Below are positions 1-11,689 of a stretch of DNA of 64,000 nt, piece after piece. The first letter of the stretch is position 1. Every line of letters begins with the position of its first letter. The notes under the pieces were generated by a model. It ran no database searches and was not told the origin of the DNA. It was given only the letters and a program-made list of their open reading frames with translations. Source of the stretch: Chiloscyllium plagiosum (Eukaryota); assembly GCF_004010195.1 (NCBI RefSeq), contig NC_057754.1:4940773-5004772 (forward strand), written 5' to 3'. A program made the translations under genes and the position numbers.

Positions 1-325
1 GTGTTGTTTCGTGGCTAGTTGATGTTCGTGAATGCGGATCGTTAGCTGTCTTCCTGTTTGTCCTATATAGTGTTTTGTGCAGTCCTTGCATGGGATTTTG
101 TACACTACGTTAGTTTTGCTCATGCTGGGTATCGGGTCCTTAGTTTTGGTGAGTTGTTGTCTGAGAGTGGTTGTTGGTTTGTGTGCTGTTAAAGTCCTAG
201 TGGTCGCAGTAGTCTGGCTGTCATTTCAGAGATGTTCTTGACGTATGGTAGTGTGGCTAGTCCTTTGGGTTGTGGCATGTCCTCGTTCTGTTGTCTCTCT
301 CTTAGGCATCTGTTGATGAAAAATC
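1..325 (-). mobile_element. Penelope-like element fragment (GIY-YIG endonuclease region), cut by the window edge
   Basis: Minus-strand translation gives LPYVKNISEMTARLLRPLG...NVVYKIPCKDC..YIGQTGRQL.IRIHEHQLATK; homologous to 2440-2760. Confidence 0.85.
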
Positions 326-524
326 TGAGCTTGAAGGATTAGAGGTTGCACTACAACATTGCTGCCTGAATCTCCAATCCATGCTTACTCCATGCATATC
401 TCCCCACTCAGAGCGCAGTTAAGTTATGATGTTAAGTGTGGTGAAGCTCCTTGGAACCCCTATGCCATCTAGATTTAATATGAGGCCAGAGTTATGGAAT
501 GAAGCGTTCATTAGGCACATGGCA

Positions 525-620
525 TTGCCTGATGAAGGGCATATCCCGAAACGTAAATTCCACTGTTCCTCGAATGCTGCCTGACCTGCTGTGCTTTCCA
601 GCAACAGACTCTTGACACTT
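525..620 (+). mobile_element. Short Penelope-derived repeat with hammerhead core
   Basis: CTGATGA-A-GGG-catat-CCC-GAAACGTA (529-555), followed by the atgctgcctgacctgctgtgctttccagcaaca tract also seen at 23116-23237 and 60040-60146. Confidence 0.75.
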
Positions 621-1934
621 ACAGACTGGATCAGTCACACCTACGTGCTGTGTGCCTTCTTCCATTTAATTAACTTGCTATGTGCAAATGAAAATAAATT
701 AGTCTTCCTGTTTAAACACTAGAAATGTTAGTCCTTAATGAAATATTTTAACATTCATAATAACATAGAAATAGTTTTTTAAGGATCTTTTAAATGGCAC
801 ATGGATCCAAAGTGTAAAATAAATATCACATTTATTTTTCCATGAAACCAAATCGTAATTGCCAAATGTTTGAGTTTTAAAATCATTCTCTTTTTGTGTC
901 CCCTTTTCTTTTGTTTCTTTATCATATTTTGACTCCTAAAAGTATTAATTATCTTTAATGGGAGTTGCGCAAATGTTGAAGTATGCAATAATTTTGCAGG
1001 ACTTTGTTGGCAGTCCAAAATAACATACATTTGAATAGCAATTTTAATGTGACAAAGTATCCCAAGTTGCATCGCAATTTGGGATGGGGAGGAGCAACAG
1101 AACGTGCATCAAATTATCGTTGAGGAAAGACATTTGTTACTACGTAGACCTTTATAATGTTTTGCAGTTAAAATAGGAACATAAGGAGGAGCAGGAGTAG
1201 AACGTCTGCCCCCTCAAGCCTGCTTTGCCATTTAATAAGATCATGGCTGACTTTTTTGTGGACTCAGATCCACTTACCCGTGCTCTCACCATATACCTTA
1301 ATTCCTTCATTGTTAAAAGAAATCTACCTTAGCTTTAAAAATGTTTACTGAAGTAGCATCAACTACTTCACTGGGCAAGGAATTCCATAGATTAATAATC
1401 CTCTGGGTGAAGGAGTTCCTTCTCAATTCAGTCCTAAATCTGGTCCCTTTAATCTTGAGGTTATGCCTTCTTGTCCTAGCTTCACCTGCCAGTGGAAACA
1501 TCCTCTGTAATTCTATCTTATCTATTCTCTTCATAATTTTATATGTTTTGTATAATATCCCCCCTCATTCTTATGAATTGCAATGAATATAATCCTAATC
1601 TACTCAGTCTCTCCTCGTAAGCCAGCCCCCTCAACTCTGGAATCAACTGAGTGAACCTTCTTTGCAGTCCCTCCAGTGCCAGTGCATCCTTTCTTAAGTA
1701 AGGAGAGCAAAACTGCACACAGTACTCGAGGTGTGGCCTCCCCAGCACCTTGTACAGGTGCAACATAACCTATCTGCTTTTAAACTCAGTCCCTTTAGCA
1801 ATGAAGGAAAAATTCCATTTGCCTCCATAATTACTTGTTGTACCTGCAGACCAACCTTCTGTGATTCATGCACAAGGACACCCGGGTCTCTCTGCATTGC
1901 AGCATGCTGCAACTTTCTACCATTCAATTAATAA

Positions 1935-2061
1935 GTGACCTAGAGGGATATGGGCCAAGTGCTGGCAAATAGGACAAAATTAAGTTAGAATATCTGGTTG
2001 GCATGGACGAGTTGGATCGAAGAGTCTGTTTCTGTGCTGTACATCTCTATGACTACGACTA
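1935..2061 (+). mobile_element. 5'-truncated CR1/HER1-type 3' end inserted into the host CR1
   Basis: Matches the 3' ends at 22940-23056 and 57750-57875; tail ctatgactacgacta; candidate TSD TAATAA (1929-1934 / 2062-2067). Confidence 0.8.
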
Positions 2062-2078
2062 TAATAATCCTTTTTACT

Positions 2079-3306
2079 TTAGATGTAGGTTTGCTCACTA
2101 AGCTGAAAGGTTCATTTCCAGACATTTCAATACCTTACTAGGTAACATCTTCAGTGGGCCTCATGCGAAGCAATGCTGAAAATTCCTGCTTTCTATTTAT
2201 ATGTTTGGGTTTCTTTGGGTTGGTGATGTCATTTTTTGTGGTGAAGTCACTTCCTGTTCCTTTTCTCAGGGGGTGGTAAATGGGGTCTAACTCGATGTGT
2301 TTGTTGATCGAATGCCATGCTTCCCTAGGAATTCTCATGCGTGTCTTTGTTTGTGCTGTCCTAGGATGGATGTGTTGTCCCAGTCGAAGTGGTGCCCTTC
2401 CTCATCCATATGTGAGGATACTAGTGAGAGGGGGTCATATCTTTTTGTGGCTAGTTGGTGTTCATGTATCCTGGTGGCTAGTTTTCTGCCTGTTTGTCCA
2501 ATGTAGTGTTTGTTACAGTCCTTGCACGGTATTTTGTAAATGACGTTAGTTTTGCTTTCAATGGTCTTTCAAGTTCATTAGCTGCTGTTTTAGTGTGTTG
2601 GTGGGTTTGTGGGCTACCATGATGCCAAGGGTCTGAGTAGTCTGGCAGTCATTTCTGAGATATCTTTGATGTAGGGGAGAGTGGCTGGGGTTTCTGGATG
2701 TGTTTTGTCTGCTTGTTTGGGTTTGTTGCTGAGAAATCGGCGGACTGTGTTCATTGGGTACCCATCCTTGTTGAATACACGGGATAGATGATTTTCCTCT
2801 GCTCTGCGTAATTCCTCTGTGCTGCAGTGTGTGTTGGCTCATTGAAATTATGTTCTAATGCAGCTTCGTTTGTGGGTGTTGGGATGATTGCTTCTGTAGT
2901 TCAATGTTTGGTCTGTATGTGTTATTTGTCTGTAGCCACTGCTTTGAAGTTCCCCATTGGCTGTCTGCTCTACTGTGACATCTAGGAATGGCAGTCTGCT
3001 GTTGTTTTCCTCCTGTTTAGTGAATTTTATGCCAGTAAGGGTAAACACATTGAGTTAGATCCTATCTACCATCCCCTGAGAAAAGGAACAGGAACTGACT
3101 TCACCACAGGAAATAACATCACCAAACCCAAAGAAACCCAAACATATAAATAGAAAGCAGGAATTTTCAGCATTGCTTCGTTTGAGGCCCACTGAAGATG
3201 TTACCTAGTAAGGTAACGAAACATCTGGAAATGAACCTTTCAGCTCAGCGAGCAAACCTATATCTAAAACATCAACCTGAGCTACAAATCTTCTCAAAAC
3301 TCGCTA
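2079..3306 (-). mobile_element. 5'-truncated Penelope-like element with inverted pseudo-LTR
   Basis: RT C-terminal (KFTKQEENNSRLPFLDV) and GIY-YIG remains on the minus strand; ~2079-2303 is an inverted repeat of ~3043-3269; 13-bp TSD AATCCTTTTTACT (2066-2078 / 3307-3319). Confidence 0.92.
3189..3228 (+). ncRNA. Minimal hammerhead ribozyme motif in the Penelope pLTR (second copy at 2118-2157, minus strand); probably decayed
   Basis: CCA-CTGAAGA-T-GTTACC-tagtaa-GGTAAC-GAAACATC-TGG: core boxes, 6-bp stem II, CCA/TGG stem I. Confidence 0.75.
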
Positions 3307-5471
3307 AATCCTTTTTACTGTTACTCATACCGAAAGTATGACTTCACATTTATTAACATTGTATTCCATCTGCCAGACCTTTGGCCACTCAGTGCATCTG
3401 TGTTCCTCTGCAAAGTTTCACAGTCCTCTGCACACTTTGCTCCGCCACTCATCTTTGTGTCATCTGCAAACTTTGACACTCTACACATGGTCCCTAACTC
3501 CAAATCATCTATATAAATCATAAATAATTGCAGTCCCAATACTGATCCCTGAGACAAACCACTAGTCACGGATTCCCAGCCAGAATAGCACTCATTTATC
3601 TCCATTCTTTGCTTCCTGTGCGTCAACCAATCCTCAAACCATGCTAATACTTTACCCCTAATGCCATGCATCCTTATGCAGCCACCTCTTGTGTAGCACC
3701 ATGTCAAAGGCCTTTTGGAAATCTAGGTACACCACATCCACTGGGTTCCCGTTGTCCACCTTGCTCGTAATGTCTTAAAAAAATCCAGAGGATTCATCAA
3801 GCATGACATTCCCTTCATGAACCCATGCTACGTCTGTCCAAGGGGACAGTTTTTGTCGAGATGCTTTGCTATTTCTTCCTTGATAACAGACTCAAGCATC
3901 TTCCCTCCCTACAGAGGTTAAGCGAACCAGTCTATAATTCCCTATGTTTTTTCTACCTCCCTTTTAAACAGTGGCGTCACATTTGCTGTTTTCCAATCTG
4001 TCCCAGTGTCCAGAGAATTTTGGAAAATTACCGCTAGTGCACATGCTACTTATCTTGCCATCTCTTTTAGTATTCTGGGATGTATTCCATCAGGACCAGG
4101 AGACTTATCTATCCTTAGCTCCATCAGCTTGCCCAACACTACCTCTTCCATAAGTATAATTGTTTCCTGGTCTTCACCTACCATAGTCTCTTTGTCAATT
4201 ACTGGCATGTTGTTAGTGTCCTCCACTGTAAAGGCCGATACAAAACGTCTGTTCAATGCCTCAGCTATTTCATCATAACCCATAACTATATTCCCCTTCT
4301 CATCCTCCAAAGGACCAACATTTACTTCAGCCATTCTTTTTCGTTTTATGTATTTTTAGAAACATTTGCTATCTGTCTTTATATTCTGTGCTAGTTTTTT
4401 CTCATGTTCTATCTTACTTTTCTTTATAGCTCTTTTTGTGGCTTTCTGTTGACTTTAAAGTTTTCCCAATCTTCTCGTTTCATGCTGTTTTTGGCCACTT
4501 TGTATGCCTTCTCTTTCAGTTTCATCGCCTCCCTTATTTCCTTAGACACCCATGGCAGATTACCTATGTTCTTACAGTCCTTCCTTTTCACTGGAATATA
4601 CCTTTGCTAAACACTTTGAAAAATTGCTATGAAAATCGTCCACTGCTTGTCAACTGTCCCACCATAATATCTTTGTTTCCAGTCTACTTTAGCCAACTCC
4701 TCCCTCATTCTGTTGTAGTCCCCCTTGTTCAAGCACAGGACCCTGGTATTGCACTTTATCTTCACACTCTCCACCTGTATTCTAAATTCAGCCATACTGT
4801 GATCACTCCTTCCAAGAGGATCCCTAACTATGAAGTCATTAATTATTCCTGTCTCACTACACAGGACCAGACCTAGGATAGCTTGCTCCTTTTTCGGTTC
4901 CATTATATACTGATCAAGAAAGCTATCACAGATACACTCAATAAACTCCTCCTCAAGGCTACCCTAACTGAGCTGGTTCATCCAATCTACATGTAGATTA
5001 AAATCCCCCATGATACTTGCCATACCATTTTTACCGGCATTAGTTATTTCTTTGTTTATTGCTTGCCCCAATGTGATGTTATTGTTTCGTGGCCTATAGA
5101 CTATGCCTATCAGTGACATTTTCCTCTTAAAATTTCTAATTTCCACCCAAATGGTTTCAATCTCATTCTCAATTGAATCTATATCATCTCTCAGCACCAC
5201 CCTGATGTTGTCCTTGAATATCAGAGCTATACCACTTCCCTTACCTTCCTGTCTGTCCTTTTGAATAGTCTGGTACTCCTGAATATTTAACTCCCAGTCG
5301 TAACCATCCTGTAACCATGTCTACCAAATCATATTCGTTCACTATGATTTGTGCCGTTAACTCATCAACCTTGTTACGAATGCTACAAGCGTTCAGGTAA
5401 AGTGCCTTTATGCTAGTTTTCTTACCTTCATGATTTCCAACATCTCTAATAATATCTCCTGAGTTATCCTT

Positions 5472-8400
5472 GTCCGGCTGGGAGTAGCAGTGCCTGGAGG
5501 AGGATGAGAGGCAGGAGCCTGGGCCTGAGAGTGGCCCCGGTGAAACGAGGCGGAGGCCCAGAGACAGCGGCTTTGGCTGTGCTCCCAGAGCTCGGCCACT
5601 GCCATCGCCCAGCTCTACAAAGGTACCAGGGGCGGACAGAGAGGCAGAAAGAGATCTGGGGGGTGGGGTGTGAGGTCGGGGTCTGGCAGCAGCAGGTGGG
5701 AAGGGGTTGGTTTGGCAGAAAGAGGAACAGTGTCTGGGGTAGAGAGACCTGGGCAGGGGGAAGAGATGGTGGAGGGAGAGAGGGAGGTGGGAGTAAGGGA
5801 GAGACCTGAAGTGAGTTGGTGTGAGGAGGGTCAGGATGTTGCAAGTTATGTGGGATAATAGGTAAGGAGAGGAGGTGAGGATATAAAAGATAAAGAGTTG
5901 AGTTAGGCAAGAGAGAGGTGACCAGGTAAAAGGAGGTGGTGGACAGAGAGTGGATTACGAGAGATGTGGATAAGGAGGGTTATGAGAGATGTGGATAAGG
6001 AGGTTCAGAGAGATGTGGATAAGGAGGGTTAGGAGAGATATGGATAAGGAGGGTTAGGAGAGACCTGTGCCCCAACACTGGGTGAGCTGCTTCCTAGCAA
6101 GTAGAAGGAAAGCTCTGGTTTCAAACCTCCGCTGCCTTGTGGTCAGACTCACATGTGGGAAAGGCTTCAGGAGTAAACTTCGAGGAAAAATCTGGAGCCA
6201 GGACCCAAAAGGCAATTCATCATTATCTACAACCTCGTTCTAGCAGCTCCTTCGATAGTGCTGGTACCAAATTATAACAGCTTTCCTGTTCCTTTGCATA
6301 AGCCAGTGTCGTGGAGAGGGGGGACGTGCTTCATGGGCCAGAGCTTGTTCCCATACCACACCCGCCTACACTTGCATCCTACCACCACTGCACCTGAAGA
6401 GGACACTCCAGCTTCGCCCACAGTGTTGACACAACAGGAGGGAACAGCAGATACCGGTTTTAAGTCATCGTTAGATTGGCATAGAGTGCGATGCCAGGGG
6501 TTGCTCCCGACGGGGGGAAGAATTTTCGGATCCCACTGGACAGCTATCACCCATCTCAAGCTGGGCAACCCCCAGCTATCCCACCCCAATCTGCTATCCC
6601 ATTGGGAGTGTGTATGGGGATTAGGAATTATTCGAACAACAGATTGCAATCACCGCACCAATCAACAAGACAACAAAAGTCACCAGCTCTAAAACTTGGA
6701 AGTTGGAACGTCCCGACAATGATGACCGGCCTCGCAGAAAACCGCCAGGACGTCAACGACTATATGAGATAAGCTGTCAGAAATAACAAGCTCAAGAGAC
6801 TCAACGTGGACATGGCCACCCTCCAGGAAACAAGGCAGGCAGAGGCAGGCTCACTGAAAGAGAAGGACTACACATTTTACTGGCTGGAGGAAGGGTTTTA
6901 TTAGCCCAGAGAGCATGGAGTTGGCTTCACAGTGAAGAACCGCCTGATGAACACAATAGAACCAGGCAGCAATGGCTCAGAGCTATTCATGACTCTTCGC
7001 CTCAACACTACCGCAGGCCCAGTCACCCTTGTCAGCGTTTATGCCCTGACAATGTTCTCCACACCAGACACAAAGGATGAGTTCTATGACAATCTTGCAC
7101 CCCTCATTGGCAGTATCCCTAGGAAGGAGCAACTTGTTCTTCTGGGTGACATCAATGCAGGAGTGGGTGCAGACCACGACTCGTGGTCCTTCTGCCTTGG
7201 ACATTTTGATGTGGGCAAAATGAATGAGAACAGACAACAACTGCTTGAGCTGTGCACTTACCATGATTTGTGCATCACCAACTCTTACTTCCAGACAAAG
7301 CCTCAGCACAAGGTTTCCTGACACCCACACTCAAAGCATTGGCACCAACTCAATCTGATCCCAGTTAGGTGTGCGGCCATCAAACACATTCTCCACACAC
7401 GCTCTTACCATAGTATGGACTTTCACACAGACCACTGCTTAGTGTGTTGCAAGATTAGGCTGCAACCTAAGAAATTCCGTCGCACTAAACAACTGGGGAA
7501 CCCTCGCACCAGCGTCAGCAAGATGTTCCAGCCAGACCTTATGCAACAATTCTCAGAGGCTTTCGAGAGAGAACTCAGCATCTCGTGACACGGAGACTCT
7601 GCCACAGAGAATTGGAAACCTTGTGGGATACCATCACCACACATCCCTGGCTATTTTTGGGAAGAAGACCTGCAAGATACACAACTGGTTTGAGGCTAAG
7701 GTAACCAAGATGACCCCCATTGTTGAAGCCAAGCGTGTCGCCCTAGCTGAGTACAAATGGTCAGCTAGTGGGAAGAGCCTGCAGAATCTCAGGGCTGCCA
7801 GGAACAAGGTTCAGCAGACTCCCAGGCGTTGCGCTAACGAGTACCGGACACAGCTAAGCGAGAAAATTCAGAAGGCACTATAACGGGGAACATTAGGGGA
7901 ATATACAAAGGCATCAAGAAGACACTAGGACCAGCTCAGAGCAAGACAGCCCTCCTCAAATCCTCTACTGGGGAAGTAGTCACAAACAAAGTCCAGCAGA
8001 TGGAGAGGTGGGTTGAACACTACTCTGATCTCTACTCCAGAGAGTATGCCATGTCAGCTTCAGCACTTGCTGCCATCACTTGCTTGCTGATCATGGATAA
8101 GCTATACACAGAGCCATCAGTAGAAGAGCTCAGCAAGGCCATTGGACAGCCTGGCCTCAGGTAAGGCCCAGGCCAGTGACGGGATTCCTCCTGATCTGAT
8201 CAAATGCTACAAGATTAGCTTACTGCTTCCATGGCATGAGGCCCTCTGTCAGTGCTGGCAAGAAGAAGCTGTACTGCAGACCATGAGGGCTGCCAAGATC
8301 ATTGCTGTCTAGAAGAACAAGGATGAGAGAAGCAACTGCAACAACTAAGAGACATCTCTCTCCTTAACACTGTCGGCAAAGCCTTTGCTCGGGTCATTTA

Positions 8401-9866
8401 ACTCGCCTGCAGAAACTGGCAGAATGTATATACCCAGAGTCACAGGACGGCTTCCGAGCTTAAAGTTCGACAGTAGACATGATCTTCTCCCTTAGCCAAC
8501 TGCAGGAGAAGTACAGAGAACAGAAAATGCCCCTGTATATCATTTTCCATGACCTCATCAAGGCGTTCGATCTGGTCAGCAGAAACGGTGTTTTCAAAGT
8601 TCCCCTGAAGATTGGCTGCCCACTGAAACTGCTGAGTATGATAGAATCCTTCCACAGGAACATGAAGGGGACAGTGCAGTTCAACGGCAGCTCTTCTGAG
8701 CCCTTCAACATCCGCAGCAGCACCAAACAAGGCTGCGTCTTCGTTCCCCCACTCTTTGGCATTTTTTCTGCTGTGCTCCTGAAACATGCCTTTGGCACCG
8801 TAACAGAGGGGATTTACCTACGCAATAGATCAGACAGCAGACTCTTCAACCTGGCCCGCCTCAGAGCCAAAACAAAAGTACATGTGGCACTCATCATGCA
8901 GATGCTGTTTGCTGATGATGCTGCAGTTGCAACACACACCCAGCAGGAACTCCAGTTACTGATAGACCGCCTCTCTCACACTTGCAAGGATTTCGGGCTA
9001 TCAGTCTGAAGAAGGCGAGCATCCTGGGATAGGACACAGAAGCACCGCCGGTCATCACCATCGATGACTACAAGCTCAGTGTTGTCCATCAGTTTATGTA
9101 CCTTGGCTCAACCATCATTGACACACTCTTCTTGTACACAGACATCGACAAGAGGATCAGGAAAACGGCCTCAACTCTTGCTTACCTCACAACTTGAGTA
9201 TGAACAAATCCCAAGCTGACAGTGAAGACAAAAATGTCAGTCTACAATGCCTGTGTCATAAACACACTGTTGTACGGTGGTGAAATGTGGACTACATATG
9301 CCAGACAGAAGAGAAGCCTGAACACCTTCCACTTGAGGAGTATCCTGAGCATATCCTGGCAAGACAGTGTCCAACGCAGCAGTTCTATCTTGTGCTCGCC
9401 TTCCCAGCATGTGCACTCTGCTCAGGCAACAAACAAGGGGCTGGCAGGGCCACATCCACTGTATGGAGGACGTCAGCATCCCAAAGGATATCCTCTATGG
9501 AAAGCTTACATCTGGAAAGAGACCCACTGGGCATCCCCAGCTGCGCTACAAGGATGTCTGCATGAGGGACATGCAGGCCCTTGATATCGTTGCGGAGACC
9601 GCACAAGATGGAGAAGCACCCTGAACTAACACCTCAAAACATGGGCAAAGAAGCTGATGAGTGCTGTAGCAGACAAGTGGGTATGAAGGAAGGAGTGCAG
9701 CAGTTCTAGCAGATCAGTGACCACATACAAATGTGACCTCTACAACTTGGACTGTCACTCCAGCATTGGTTTCTTCAGTCACAAGCGACGTTGCTTCAGG
9801 GAAGCAGAAAGCTAGAACAACGAGGATGCGAACCATGGCCAGCCATGACCAAAAGGGACCTCACAC
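5472..9866 (+). mobile_element. Apparently full-length degenerate RTE-clade LINE with an extra 5' segment
   Basis: 11-bp TSD GAGTTATCCTT (5461-5471 / 9867-9877); APE motifs KLGSWNVPTM and LVLLGDINAGVG; RT motifs DLIKAFDLVSR, KQGCV and MLFADDAA; C-terminal YKCDL.NLDCHSSIGFFSHKRRC zinc-finger-like motif; many stops and frameshifts. Confidence 0.92.
5959..6063 (+). repeat. Minisatellite, 4 copies of a 24-25 bp unit
   Basis: Unit GAGAGATGTGGATAAGGAGGGTTA(G/T) starting at 5959, 5984, 6008 and 6033. Confidence 0.95.
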
Positions 9867-11080
9867 GAGTTATCCTTCCGTTTTGCTTCTTTTGTAGTCT
9901 GTCTTGAACTTAAACCCTCTTGCACACATGCTAACCTGCTGCTTACCTTTTTATTTACCAGCATACTCCCTGTCATTTTCCCTTTCCCGTTCCCCCCTCC
10001 GACTCACTAGTTTCCTAGTGACCACCTTATTTATCCTTTTCGTTCGAACACTCGTTCCAAATCAGTTCAGGTGGAGACTATCTCATCGGTGCAGGTCCTC
10101 CCGGTTCCAAAACTGATGCTAATGCCCCATGAAATGGAACCCCTCTTTCCAATTCACTCCCTGAACCACGTGTTTACTTCCCTAATTTTCCTATCCCTAA
10201 ATCAATTTGCACGTGGCTCGGGTTGTCATCCAGAGGTTATAACCCTTGAGGACCTGTTCCTTAATTTTGTTCCAAGTGCTTGAAAATGCCCAAATAGTTC
10301 TTCCATTCTAGCCTTGCCTGTGTTGTTAGTCCCAACATGGACGACAACGACTGGATCCTCCCCCTCCCGCTTCAATATCCTTTCAAGCCAGTCAGAGATT
10401 TCCTGCACCCGAGCACCGGCCAGACAACACACCATGCGGTTCTCCCGATCCAGCTTGCAAATGATACTATGTATCCACCAAATTACAGAATTCCCTATAA
10501 CTACCACTTGTCTTTTTGTTCCCCCTTCTTGAATGGCCTTCTGCACTAAGGTGCCGTGGTCAGCTGGCTCTACCTCCCCAAAGCCCTTTTCTTCATCCAC
10601 ACAGCAAGCATTTCATACCTCTTGGATAAGGTCAACAACTGAGGCTCCTCCACTCAGGATCCCCCTACTTGCCTCACTTGCAGTCACACCCTGTTGTCCC
10701 TGATTATTAATTGAATTTGAATTACTTAATCTACCAGGTGTGACTGCCTCCTGAAACAAAGCGTGCAGGTAACTCTCCCCCTCCCAGATGTGTGGCAATG
10801 TTTGAAGCTCAGATTCCAGATCATCAACTCTGAGCCGGAGTTCTTCCAGCAACCAACACTTGTTGCAGATGTGGTCACTGCCATTCACAATGGGATCAGC
10901 CACCTCCCACATCATACATTAAGTGGCTTGATCTCCAGACAGTGCTTTGTGGTGCATCGTCTAAATAAGTTTTTCTTGATAAACATGTGTTCCATGCAAA
11001 TGACTGAATTGCGATGAGTTGCTAGACTTAAGTAGTGACCTGTTATGATATTAACTCAAGCTGTTTGTTTATATTTCCAG

Positions 11081-11254
11081 CCCAAACCCACCAAAGGACG
11101 GATGCGGATTCACTGTTTAGAAAATGTGGATAAGGCCTTGCAATTCTTGAAAGAGCAGAAAGTCCATCTAGAAAACATGGGCTCACATGACATTGTGGAT
11201 GGGAACCATCGGCTTACTCTGGGCTTAATATGGACCATCATCCTTCGATTTCAG
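11081..11254 (+). CDS. SPTBN2: Beta-spectrin exon (CH1 domain), 174 bp
   Basis: ttccag|CCC AAA...TTT CAG|gtactt; [30 protein letters not shown]...TIILRFQ. Confidence 0.97.
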
Positions 11255-11689
11255 GTACTTTGTTCAGCAGTTGTCACATCAAGATAGATTTTTTCAATTT
11301 ATTTATTAGTAGTGAATGAAGACACATTCCAATTACATAGGGCATTTGGTCCAACCAGCCCATGCAGATGTTTATGCTACACTAAAGCCTCTTTCCATCT
11401 CTTCTGGTCTAAATTTGCCTTCATAACATCTCCATGTATGATTGTCTAGTTTTGCTTTAAATCAGATTAGCCAGTCTGTATGACTGCAAATTCCAAACTC
11501 TCTCCACATCTGAGTGAAGAAGTTTCCAAATTCTCATATTAAATTTGTTGATGACCATCTTCTATTCATCACCTCTAGTTATACTGTTCCTCACAAAAGG
11601 ACACATTAACTTATGTCAGCAAATACAAGCGTAATAGGTGAACAGAGACAATTATGGGCCAGAATAAAGCCAACCAATGGAGTAATGTG

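Larger units (their letters stand above)
1172..10930 (-). mobile_element. Near-full-length degenerate CR1 LINE (ORF1 + ORF2), host of three nested insertions
   Basis: ORF1 Cys-rich/coiled-coil (HICNKCWLLEELRLRVDDLE) and SGNH-esterase-like (VVVIGNS, VVVHVGTNN) fragments at 10226-10915; APE fragments (MGDFN, SDH) at 4600-5400; RT fragments (QGSVLG, KFADDTK, PHLEYCVQF) at 1300-1930 and 3320-4330; many stops and frameshifts. Confidence 0.9.

Noticed and set aside
5408..5910. Pro-rich and Gly-rich ORFs (5464..5910 minus, 5504..5809 plus)
   Set aside because: By-products of a G/A-skewed low-complexity tract; no domain signal.
5959..6063. Regularly spaced direct repeats (CRISPR-like?)
   Set aside because: Units are contiguous with no unique spacers, the context is eukaryotic and there are no cas genes; this is a minisatellite.
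6064..6260. Possible HDV-like or twister ribozyme at the RTE 5' end
   Set aside because: Known for some RTEs, but I could not identify the required pairings or core motifs by eye; an Infernal search is needed.
6491..9700. Active RTE or CR1 reverse transcriptase genes
   Set aside because: All LINE ORFs in the window are broken by multiple stops and frameshifts.
1..11080. Upstream spectrin exons (start codon, first half of CH1)
   Set aside because: I found no VQKKTFTKW-type sequence; the region is almost all TE, so these exons lie 5' of the window.
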